Origin: Minisyncoccota bacterium
GTDB taxonomy: Bacteria; Patescibacteriota; Minisyncoccia; Phycocordibacterales; UBA9973
Assembly (NCBI GenBank): GCA_041666045.1
Contig: JBAYHR010000002.1
Coordinates: 18,773 to 82,772, forward strand
DNA: 64,000 bases
Reading direction: 5' to 3'
A program made the position numbers and the translations under genes. Position 1 is the first letter of the stretch; every line of letters begins with the position of its first letter. Positions 8,877 to 17,522 of this stretch are shown here, piece by piece. The notes beneath the pieces were generated by a model. It was not told where the DNA came from. It was given only the letters and a program-made list of their open reading frames with translations, and made no database searches.

Positions 8877-9977
8877 ATGAAAAAAAATGAATTATTGCAA
8901 TCAGTGAAAGTTATAATATTAGGTCTTGTGCTTAGTGTAGGAATAGCGTTTGTATTTTCTGCTGGGATAGGAACAGGTAGTGTTCCACCAAGCAACAACG
9001 TTCCAGGGCCTATAAATACTGGAACTTTAGATCAGATTAAAAATGGTGGACTGTCAGTAAATGCTTTCTTGGTTGCAGGTGATTCATTTTTTAATGGTTT
9101 AGTTACTCTTGGTAATTTTATAGGAGGTGGGAATAAACCACTTTGCGTAGATAATAGTGGAAATATCACTACTGTTTGTCCTGAAGCGGTTCCTGTTGTA
9201 AATCCTCCTGTTGTTGCATTACCAACAGTAACAACTTCATTAGTTTCAGCAATAACTCAAACTACTGCCACTAGTGGTGGAAACGTAACTTCAGATGGCG
9301 GAGCAATTGTAACAGTATCTGGTATCGTGTGGAATACTTCAGTTGATCCTTCAACAAGTAATAATATTGGTAAAACAACAGATGGATGGGCTATTGGTGG
9401 TCCTTGGTCAAGTAATTTGACTGGATTATCAGCTGGCACTATTTATTTTGTTCGTGCTTATGCGACAAATAGTGTAGGTACAAGTTATGGTGGAAATATT
9501 CAATTTACAACAACCGCAGGTTCTTCTACTCCTACATTGCCAACTGTTGAAACAGTTATACTAGCACAAACTACAATAAACACTTATATGACAGATCCTT
9601 ATCCAATTTTTGGTGTTGCTAATATAACTAACACTGGTGGAGCACCTGTAACACATTATGGTCTTGTACACAGAGGGGGTACAACAGCATTTCCTTGTAG
9701 TATGACTGTTAATACGCCTATTACGCTGAATCAAACGAACGGTTATGGTGGTGTTACTGGTGGTACTGCTGGTTCTAGTGATACAAATTGGCCTATTAAT
9801 CAGAATATTAGTTCGCCTACTGTTATTAATTCACCTAGGGTAGTAATAGGAAGAATAGGGGCATCTGATGGTAATCCTAATAATGGTAGTGGTAATAGTA
9901 CTAGCGGTGTTTGTGTTCGCGCTTATGCCACAAACAGTGTAGGGACAGCTTATGGTAATCTTCTTTATTTTAATTAA
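8877..9977 (+). CDS. Secreted surface protein with two FN3-like repeats
   Basis: Same N-terminus as 8490; LPTV...VRAYATNSVGT(S/A)YG occurs twice. Confidence 0.8.
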   Translation: MKKNELLQSVKVIILGLVLSVGIAFVFSAGIGTGSVPPSNNVPGPINTGTLDQIKNGGLSVNAFLVAGDSFFNGLVTLGNFIGGGNKPLCVDNSGNITTVCPEAVPVVNPPVVALPTVTTSLVSAITQTTATSGGNVTSDGGAIVTVSGIVWNTSVDPSTSNNIGKTTDGWAIGGPWSSNLTGLSAGTIYFVRAYATNSVGTSYGGNIQFTTTAGSSTPTLPTVETVILAQTTINTYMTDPYPIFGVANITNTGGAPVTHYGLVHRGGTTAFPCSMTVNTPITLNQTNGYGGVTGGTAGSSDTNWPINQNISSPTVINSPRVVIGRIGASDGNPNNGSGNSTSGVCVRAYATNSVGTAYGNLLYFN

Positions 9978-10018
9978 TAAGTAAGGTTTTGTTTTATTAA
10001 AAAATAAAAAATATGAAG

Positions 10019-10046
10019 CAAAAAATCCCCATTTGGGGATTTTTTG
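10019..10046 (+). terminator. Intrinsic terminator
   Basis: caaaaaatcccc-attt-ggggattttttg. Confidence 0.8.
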
Positions 10047-10059
10047 ATATAATGGTTTT

Positions 10060-10812
10060 ATGTCTAAAAAAATAATTATCGGAAATTGGAAAATGAATCC
10101 TTCATCTTTAAGACAAGCTGAGGATCTTTTTAAATCTATTCAAAAAACTATATCCTATAATCTAAAAATTGATGTTGTAATTTGTCCGCCATATGTTTAT
10201 TTAGAAAGATTAAAAAAACTTTCTAAAAAGGTAGCATTAGGAGCTCAAAATGTTTCTTGGCAAGAGAAAGGTGCATTTACAGGAGAAATTTCTGCAGAAA
10301 TGTTAAAAGATATTGGAGTAAAATATGTTATTTTAGGCCATTCTGAGAGACGCGTAATGGATGAAAATAATATTGATATAAATAAAAAAACAAAAATGGC
10401 ATTTTCTTTTAATCTTATACCCATACTTTGCATTGGAGAAAAAGAAAGAGACGAGAATCACGAATATTTAAATTTTATTAAAAAACAAATAGAAGAATGT
10501 TTGGCGGGAGTAATAAAAAATTCTATTTCAAAAATAATTATTGCGTACGAGCCTGTCTGGGCAATAGGGAAAGGAGCAATTAGACAAGCAAGTCCCGAAG
10601 AATTTCGTGAGATGAGAATTTTTATTAAAAAAGTTTTAAGTGATAAATTTGGAGCGAAAATTGTTGAGAAAGTAAAAATAATTTATGGTGGTTCAGTTCA
10701 TAAAGAAAATGCGGTTGAGTTTTTGAAAGAAAATGCTGATGGTTTTCTTGTTGGAAGAGATAGTTTGGATTCAAAAAAATTTACAGAAATTATAAAGATA
10801 TGCGAAGCATAA
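10060..10812 (+). CDS. tpiA: Triosephosphate isomerase
   Basis: GNWKMN, GHSERR, AYEPVWAIG, YGGSV. Confidence 0.97.
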   Translation: MSKKIIIGNWKMNPSSLRQAEDLFKSIQKTISYNLKIDVVICPPYVYLERLKKLSKKVALGAQNVSWQEKGAFTGEISAEMLKDIGVKYVILGHSERRVMDENNIDINKKTKMAFSFNLIPILCIGEKERDENHEYLNFIKKQIEECLAGVIKNSISKIIIAYEPVWAIGKGAIRQASPEEFREMRIFIKKVLSDKFGAKIVEKVKIIYGGSVHKENAVEFLKENADGFLVGRDSLDSKKFTEIIKICEA

Positions 10813-11876
10813 AAACAATAAAAAATATAAAAGGAAAAACAGCGCTTGTTCGTGTGGATTTTAATGTACCCATTAAGGATGGAAAAGTGGAAGATGATTT
10901 TAGAATTAGAAAAGCATTACCAACGATAAATTTTTTAATAAAAAAAGGCGCGCAAATTATTTTAATAACTCATTTAGGGAAAGATGGCACAGCAAGTTTA
11001 GAGCCTGTTATTAAACATTTCTTTAAAATTTCTAAATTATCAAAGTCTAAAGTTGAATTTTTTGAAAATGTAAGAAAATTTTCAGGGGAAATGGATAATA
11101 ATGTTCATTTTGAGAGAAATCTTTCAAGATTAGGGGATTTTTATGTGAATGAGGCTTTCTCTGTTTCTCACCGCGCGCATACGTCTATAGTTGGCATACC
11201 AAAACATTTACCAAGTTATGCAGGTTTTCAAATGGAAGAAGAAATAAAAAATCTTTTAAAAGCTATTAAAAATCCCAAACATCCTTTTCTTTTTATTTTA
11301 GGAGGAGCAAAGTTTTCAACTAAAATGCCTTTGATTAAAAAATATTTAAAGCTCGCAGATTATGTTTTTATAGGTGGGGCGTTGCTTGATGATTTTCTGA
11401 AAGCTGAAGGTTTTGAAGTAGGGAAGTCTCTAGTTGATGATTCAAAAGGGATAAAAGAAATTTTAAAAAACAAAAAATTAATTCTACCCACAGATGTGGT
11501 TGTGAAAAGTGGGGATAAATTAATAAATAAAAAATCAAATGAAGTTAAAAAAGATGAAATTATTTTAGATGTCGGCACAGAATCTGTGAAATTATTGGAG
11601 CCTTTGATTAAAAAATCAAAACTTATTCTTTGGAACGGGCCACTTGGTAAATATGAAACAAAAGGAGGAGATAAAGCTACAAAAGAAATTTTAAAAACAG
11701 TTATTAAATCAAAAGCTCAAGTTATTATCGGTGGAGGTGATCTTGTAGAAGTTTTGTCTACTCTAAAAGCTAAAAGCTATAAGCTAAAACCTAACATGTT
11801 TGTTTCTACAGGAGGTGGTGCAACGTTAGATTTTCTTGCCAATGGTACACTTCCAGGAATTAAAGCGCTTGGATAA
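10800..11876 (+). CDS. pgk: Phosphoglycerate kinase
   Basis: VRVDFNVP, LGGAK, WNGPLG, GGGD, STGGGA. Confidence 0.96.
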   Translation: MRSIKTIKNIKGKTALVRVDFNVPIKDGKVEDDFRIRKALPTINFLIKKGAQIILITHLGKDGTASLEPVIKHFFKISKLSKSKVEFFENVRKFSGEMDNNVHFERNLSRLGDFYVNEAFSVSHRAHTSIVGIPKHLPSYAGFQMEEEIKNLLKAIKNPKHPFLFILGGAKFSTKMPLIKKYLKLADYVFIGGALLDDFLKAEGFEVGKSLVDDSKGIKEILKNKKLILPTDVVVKSGDKLINKKSNEVKKDEIILDVGTESVKLLEPLIKKSKLILWNGPLGKYETKGGDKATKEILKTVIKSKAQVIIGGGDLVEVLSTLKAKSYKLKPNMFVSTGGGATLDFLANGTLPGIKALG

Positions 11877-12252
11877 TTCTTTTAACTAATTCAGTTGGTT
11901 CTCCTTCTTGGTATTTTTTTCTTGGAAATTTAGGGAGATTGTCGTCAAAATATCTTGGGATTAAATGAATATGAAAATGTGGAACTTCCTCACCGTTTAC
12001 ACTAACTTGTACATAATCACATTTCATACTTATTTTCATTGCAATCATTATTTTTTTTGTAAGTTTAAAAATTTCAGAAATTGTTTTATCGTCTGAGTCT
12101 TGCATCCAAATAATATGTTTTTTAGGAATTACTAAAAGATGTCCATGAGAAACTGGTTGTATATCCAAAAAAACTAGAAAATCTTTATCTTCATAAATTT
12201 TATCGCAAGGGATTTCTCCTTTTGTTATTTTGCAAAAAATACAGTTTTCCAT
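11860..12252 (-). CDS. HIT family nucleotide hydrolase
   Basis: CIFCKI and HFHIHLIPR histidine triad; 3' end overlaps pgk by 17 nt. Confidence 0.93.
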   Translation of the reverse strand: MENCIFCKITKGEIPCDKIYEDKDFLVFLDIQPVSHGHLLVIPKKHIIWMQDSDDKTISEIFKLTKKIMIAMKISMKCDYVQVSVNGEEVPHFHIHLIPRYFDDNLPKFPRKKYQEGEPTELVKRIIQAL

Positions 12253-12325
12253 TATTTAAATATATCAAATTTTAGGAATAAAAAAAGCGCCACCCTCCTT
12301 GGTAGCGCATAAACGTTTAATTTTT

Positions 12326-12637
12326 TTACTTAAGCAACTTCGAATCTTTTGGGATTTCAAAGGAATATTTTCTTTTGTTTCTTTTTTCGAAAACTTTTCC
12401 TCTGGAATCTTTTTTATTCCCAACAAATTTGTGACCAATGAAACTTAATTTTCCGTCATTTTCACCCATAAATCTTCCAGTAAGGAATTTTCTTTTTTCA
12501 TTGTCTTTACTTTTCCAGGTTTTCCTAATAGGAGAACTTTTTACTTCAATAATTTTTTTAAAAGAGTAAAGTTTTCCTTTAACAGGAGATTCATCACTGC
12601 CCCATACTACAGGAGCATCATCGATTTTTGTACTCAT
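12326..12637 (-). CDS. Basic hypothetical protein
   Basis: ATG 12637; TTGACA-type promoter near 12686-12713; terminator-like hairpin near 12281-12308. Confidence 0.6.
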   Translation of the reverse strand: MSTKIDDAPVVWGSDESPVKGKLYSFKKIIEVKSSPIRKTWKSKDNEKRKFLTGRFMGENDGKLSFIGHKFVGNKKDSRGKVFEKRNKRKYSFEIPKDSKLLK

Positions 12638-12749
12638 GTTGCTTAGTTTTAAAGATTTAAAAAACAAGATAATTATCTAATAATTAGTTTACATAAAAAA
12701 AATTAAATGTCAAAGATTTTATAAATTTTTATTATGTTATAATTTTTGG

Positions 12750-14399
12750 ATGAAAAATTTTTCAGAGCTTCTTCAAACATTGCTTCAAAAAAGGGGAATC
12801 ATAAACATTGAAGACGCAGATATATTTTTAAATCCAAATTATGAAAAAGATTTCAAGGATCCTTTTTTGATGCACGATATGGAGAAAGCTTGTGTGAGAC
12901 TTTTTGAAGCGATAGATACAAATGAAAAAATAATTATTTATGCGGATTATGATTGTGATGGCATTCCAGGGGCAGTTATTTTGCAGAATTTATTTAAAAA
13001 AATTAATTTTAAAAATTATGAAGTTTACATTCCTCAGAGAAATTCCGAAGGGTATGGACTCAATCTTGAAGCTATAAAAATTTTTGCTGATAAGAGAGTG
13101 AAACTTTTAATCACAGTCGATCTTGGCATCACTGCAATTGCTGAAGTAGCTCAAGCTGAAGTGGATGGTATTGATGTAATAATTACAGATCATCATTTAC
13201 CACAAGAAACACTACCTCGAGCTTATGCAATTTTGAATCCTAAGGTGGATAATTATCCAGAAAAGATGCTCTGTGGTGCTGGAGTTGTTTTTAAATTTGT
13301 TCAAGGTTTTATAAAAAAATATGGAGAATATTTTAAAATAAATTCTGGTTGGGAAAAGTGGCTTCTTGATATGGCTGGCATTGCTACACTTTCTGATATG
13401 GTTCCACTTACGGGAGAGAATAGAGCGTTCGCATATTTTGGAATGAAAGTTTTAAGAAAAACTCCACGTTTAGGTTTGCAAAAACTTTTTGCAAAAATGA
13501 ATATAGATCAGAAACATCTTACAGAAGATGATATTAGTTTTATGGTCGTGCCGAAATTAAATGCAGCTTCTCGTATGGACGACCCTATGAGAGCTTATGA
13601 AATACTTTCTACAGATGATGTGGCAGAGGCAGGAGCTTTAGCGAACCATTTATCAAAAATAAATGACGATAGGAAATTAATTGTCGCAGGAATAATGCGT
13701 GAAGTAAATAAAAAATTTGAGAAAAGAGAATTGAAAGATGTGATAGTGGTAGGTAATCCTCTTTGGAAAGTCGGAGTGCTTGGTATTGTAGCTGGAAAAA
13801 TTTCTGATGAATATGAAAAGCCAGTTTTTGTGTGGGGTAAAGATGAGAATGATTGCATTAAAGGATCTTGCAGGTCAGATGGTTCTGTTTCAGTTGTTGA
13901 GCTTATGACAAGCATATCAGATTCATTTTTAGAATTCGGCGGGCATGAGCTTGCCGGGGGTTTCACTGTTTCTAATGAGAAGATTCATTTCTTAGAAGAT
14001 GAACTATCTGTCTCTTTTAATAAGATTAAAAAAATAAAAACGATAGATGATATTTCTTATGATGTTAAATCAGATTTGAGTATCGTTAATATGAAAAATT
14101 ATAAAGAAATAGAAAAACTTGCTCCGTTTGGAATAGGGAACATTAAACCTTCTTTTCTTTTTGAAAATGTGAAAATAGATAAGATAAAAAAGTTTGGGAA
14201 GAATGGTTCTGGGGAGCATTTAGAAATATCTTTTTCTGATTCTCGAGGTAGCGCTAAAGCTATTTCTTTTTTCTCAACTGTTAATTCTTTTAAGAATAAA
14301 TTAAGTGAAGGTTTGGGAGTTAATTTATTAGCAAACTTTGATCTTTCAAGATTTCGAGGAAAAGAAGAGCTTCGTTTGAGAATTATTGATATACTTTAA
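12750..14399 (+). CDS. recJ: ssDNA-specific exonuclease RecJ
   Basis: DYDCDG, ITVDLG, TDHH, GSCRS, GGHELAGG. Confidence 0.96.
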   Translation: MKNFSELLQTLLQKRGIINIEDADIFLNPNYEKDFKDPFLMHDMEKACVRLFEAIDTNEKIIIYADYDCDGIPGAVILQNLFKKINFKNYEVYIPQRNSEGYGLNLEAIKIFADKRVKLLITVDLGITAIAEVAQAEVDGIDVIITDHHLPQETLPRAYAILNPKVDNYPEKMLCGAGVVFKFVQGFIKKYGEYFKINSGWEKWLLDMAGIATLSDMVPLTGENRAFAYFGMKVLRKTPRLGLQKLFAKMNIDQKHLTEDDISFMVVPKLNAASRMDDPMRAYEILSTDDVAEAGALANHLSKINDDRKLIVAGIMREVNKKFEKRELKDVIVVGNPLWKVGVLGIVAGKISDEYEKPVFVWGKDENDCIKGSCRSDGSVSVVELMTSISDSFLEFGGHELAGGFTVSNEKIHFLEDELSVSFNKIKKIKTIDDISYDVKSDLSIVNMKNYKEIEKLAPFGIGNIKPSFLFENVKIDKIKKFGKNGSGEHLEISFSDSRGSAKAISFFSTVNSFKNKLSEGLGVNLLANFDLSRFRGKEELRLRIIDIL

Positions 14400-14406
14400 G
14401 TACTTG

Positions 14407-14472
14407 TCCCGTTAGAAATTCAACTTACGGGAGTAAAGATAAAATTATTAATATTTAAAATTTCTAATGGGA
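14407..14472 (+). repeat. CCCGTTAGAA start-codon hairpin element, copy 2 (rnhA)
   Basis: TCCCGTTAGAAATT(14407-14420)...AATTTCTAATGGG-ATG. Confidence 0.85.
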
Positions 14473-14942
14473 TGAATGAAGATAAAATTATAATTTATTC
14501 AGATGGAGCAGCGAGAGGTAACCCAGGCCTTGCAGGTTGGGGATCTGTTTTTATTTTAGGTAAAAAAGTTTTTGAAATTGGCGGAAGAGAAAAACATGCT
14601 ACAAACAATCAGATGGAACTTACAGCAGCGATTGAAGCCTTAAAATATTTAAAGAGACATTCGCATATTGCACAAGGTAAAAAAATAGAATTTTTTTGTG
14701 ATTCAAAATATGTGATTTTAGGAATTACAGAATGGATACAAAATTGGATGAAAAACAATTGGCGCAACGCTGCCAAAAAACCAGTGCTCAATCGTAATCT
14801 TTGGGAAGAACTTTATTTTCTTAATAAAGAATTTAATCCCAAATGGAATTATGTAGAGGGTCATAGTGGTGATAAATATAATGATCGAGCGGATCTTATT
14901 GCTACAAGTTTTGCAGATGACGAACCTGTGGAACTTTTTTAA
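14472..14942 (+). CDS. rnhA: Ribonuclease HI
   Basis: YSDGAARGNPG, TNNQMEL, DSKY, GHSG..NDRAD. Confidence 0.96.
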   Translation: MNEDKIIIYSDGAARGNPGLAGWGSVFILGKKVFEIGGREKHATNNQMELTAAIEALKYLKRHSHIAQGKKIEFFCDSKYVILGITEWIQNWMKNNWRNAAKKPVLNRNLWEELYFLNKEFNPKWNYVEGHSGDKYNDRADLIATSFADDEPVELF

Positions 14943-14974
14943 AAATATATTTTTTAAATTTTTATAATAAAAAA

Positions 14975-16480
14975 ATGCGAGACAAAATTTTTTATTTATC
15001 TTGTTTTGGGTTTGAAATAGGCGTGTTAATCAGTTCATTCTTTTTTGTAAATTTATATTTAATTACGTTAATCAGTATTGTCTTCTTAGGTTTGTTTTTA
15101 TTTTTTTTATTTGTCTCAAAATTAAAATGGTGTATACTTTTTTGTATTTTTATTTTAACTATATCATTAGGAATTTTTAGGTTTCATAATGCAGATAAAC
15201 CAGCTCCTTATGTTTTTGAATCTATAGTTGGAGAGAAAGTTAATTTTAGTGGATTGATAATTGATGAAGTGGATGAAAGAGAAAACAATCAGAAATTAAC
15301 AGTCGAAGTTTTGTCTCCTCAAGGTCTTGACTTGGACTCTTTAAAGGCAAAGCCTTTTCCCGCAAAAACAAAAATTCTTTTAACTGCAGATTTTGAACAA
15401 GAATTTAAATACGGGGATACCATAAATTTTTTTGGAAAACTTGAAAAACCTGAGAATTTTTACACAAACACTGGCAAACTTTTTGATTACATTAATTATT
15501 TACATAAAGATGGGATTTTTTATTTAATAAAAAATCCAACTACGGAAATTATATCTCGTGGTGGTGGAAGTTTTGTAAAAAGAAAACTGTTTTCTTTTAA
15601 AGATAAATTTTTAGATAAAATAAATTTTGTTATACCAGAGCCAGAATCTTTGCTTATGGGTGGACTTATTTTAGGTGAACGATCTTCTTTTGACGAATCA
15701 ATGCGTCAGGCTTTTGTAGATACTGGAACGATACACATTATAGCTTTGTCTGGTTACAATGTGACAATTGTCGCAGAGTGGATTATGAAAATATTTTCTT
15801 TTTTTCCTCGTAATATTTCTTTTAGTTTTGGTATTTTTGGTATTTTACTTTTTGTTGTGATGGCTGGTGGCGCTTCTACTGCTGTGCGAGCAGGAGTAAT
15901 GGCAACCTTAGCGCTTATTGCGCGCGCGACAGGGAGGGATTATGATGTCGCGCGCGCACTTGTGTTTGCTGGTGTAATAATGACGATTCTCAATCCTTTT
16001 GTTTTAGCTTTTGATGTGTCTTTTCAACTTTCTTTTATTGCTACGATTGCTGTGATATTTTTTGCCCCTAAAATGGAAAAATATTTTATGTGGATTACAA
16101 AAAGATTTGGTTTACGCGATGTTGTGTGTATAACTTTTTCTGCTTATCTTTTTGTTTTGCCTTTTATACTTTATAAAATGGGAAATTTGTCTATCGTTGC
16201 ACTGCCAGCAAATATTTTAATTCTTCCATTTATTCCTATTACTATGATTTTTGGTTTTATTACAGGTTTTATAGGACTCATTTGGTCAGTATTTTCAATT
16301 CCTTTTGGTTTTGTTTCTTATTTATTTTTACATTATGAATTATCTATAATTTCCTTTTTCTCACATTTGTCATTTGCGTCTTTTGCAATTCCAAATTTTC
16401 CGTTATTAATTACATTAATAGTTTACACTTATTTTATTTACAGACTTTTTGGAAAAAATATTAAAAAGTTTTTTAACTAA
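14975..16480 (+). CDS. comEC: ComEC/Rec2 competence protein, membrane part
   Basis: HIIALSGYN, SAV-like STAVRA, FQLSF, multiple TM segments. Confidence 0.93.
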   Translation: MRDKIFYLSCFGFEIGVLISSFFFVNLYLITLISIVFLGLFLFFLFVSKLKWCILFCIFILTISLGIFRFHNADKPAPYVFESIVGEKVNFSGLIIDEVDERENNQKLTVEVLSPQGLDLDSLKAKPFPAKTKILLTADFEQEFKYGDTINFFGKLEKPENFYTNTGKLFDYINYLHKDGIFYLIKNPTTEIISRGGGSFVKRKLFSFKDKFLDKINFVIPEPESLLMGGLILGERSSFDESMRQAFVDTGTIHIIALSGYNVTIVAEWIMKIFSFFPRNISFSFGIFGILLFVVMAGGASTAVRAGVMATLALIARATGRDYDVARALVFAGVIMTILNPFVLAFDVSFQLSFIATIAVIFFAPKMEKYFMWITKRFGLRDVVCITFSAYLFVLPFILYKMGNLSIVALPANILILPFIPITMIFGFITGFIGLIWSVFSIPFGFVSYLFLHYELSIISFFSHLSFASFAIPNFPLLITLIVYTYFIYRLFGKNIKKFFN

Positions 16481-16558
16481 AAATCAAAATATAAAACTTT
16501 TCTGGCGGACAAGACGAAGCCAGTGCCCGCAGGCGAAAAGTTTTATATTTTGATTTTT
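16479..16558. repeat. 80-bp long hairpin with conserved 32-nt GC core, copy 1
   Basis: 24-bp perfect arms 16479-16502/16535-16558; core tggcggacaagacgaagccagtgcccgcaggc. Confidence 0.85.
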
Positions 16559-16589
16559 TATATAAGTGTTTAGATGTTAATATTATCTT

Positions 16590-17459
16590 ATGTTTCAGAA
16601 TTTTAAAAAATATATTTTAGCAAAACTTTTAGTAATTTTTTTTATTGCAACTGTTTTTATTTTTTATATCAGTTGGCAAAACTCGCACAGAGGATTCACT
16701 TTTGCAATGCTTGATGTGGGGCAAGGAGATGCTCTTTTTATAGAGTCTCCGACTGGGATGCAAATATTGTTTGACAGTGGTCCAAATGGAAAAGTTCTAA
16801 GCAAACTTTCAGAGGTTATGCCTTTTTATGACAAAAGCATAGATGCGATAATTATTTCACATCCCGATCAAGATCATATAGGTGGATTTTTAGATGTTTT
16901 AAAAAATTATAAAGTTGGAAAAGTATTTGAATCTGGAACATATAGTGATTCAAAAACTTATCAAAAAATAGAAGAAGAAATTAAAAATCAAAACATACCA
17001 AATATTGTAGTGAAAAAAGATATGAAGTTAGATTTTGGCGGTGGAGTTTTTTTAAATATTTTGTTTCCTGACCGTGATGTGTCTAGTTGGGATACCAATG
17101 ATGGATCAATTGTCGCGCGTCTAACTTATGGTAATACTTCTTTTATGCTCACAGGAGACGCAACGAAAAAAACAGAAGGAATAATTCTTTCAGAAAATTT
17201 ACCAAAAGATTTACAAAGTACATTTTTGAAAGCTGGACATCATGGCTCTCACACTTCTTCGTCTTTAGAATTTGTAAAAACAGTTTTACCTAAATATTCT
17301 CTTATCTCTGTCGGAGAGAAAAATAAATACGGGCATCCGCATAAAGAAACTTTGGATATTTTTTCATCAATCGGCTCTGAAATTTTTCGCACGGATGAAA
17401 AAGGAACAATAGTGATAAAATCTGACGGCCAAAAAGAAATAATTTCATTTTCTAAATAA
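16590..17459 (+). CDS. ComEC-type metallo-beta-lactamase domain protein (split comEC)
   Basis: LDVGQGD, SHPDQDHIGG, LTGDA, GHHGS, YGHP. Confidence 0.93.
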   Translation: MFQNFKKYILAKLLVIFFIATVFIFYISWQNSHRGFTFAMLDVGQGDALFIESPTGMQILFDSGPNGKVLSKLSEVMPFYDKSIDAIIISHPDQDHIGGFLDVLKNYKVGKVFESGTYSDSKTYQKIEEEIKNQNIPNIVVKKDMKLDFGGGVFLNILFPDRDVSSWDTNDGSIVARLTYGNTSFMLTGDATKKTEGIILSENLPKDLQSTFLKAGHHGSHTSSSLEFVKTVLPKYSLISVGEKNKYGHPHKETLDIFSSIGSEIFRTDEKGTIVIKSDGQKEIISFSK

Positions 17460-17489
17460 TTTGACTTTTTGGTGTAAGTCTAGTATTAT
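17458..17489 (+). promoter_or_regulatory. Sigma70-type promoter, near-identical to 21252-21283 on the minus strand
   Basis: TTGACT-17 nt-TATTAT. Confidence 0.7.
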
Positions 17490-17522
17490 TGTATTAAATA
17501 AATACATTAAAAATAAAATAAA

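Noticed and set aside
14658-14681. rnhA segment HSHIAQGK as a decayed reverse copy of the CCTGAG...CGAAGG repeat
   Set aside because: Similarity is too weak to support without ortholog alignment.
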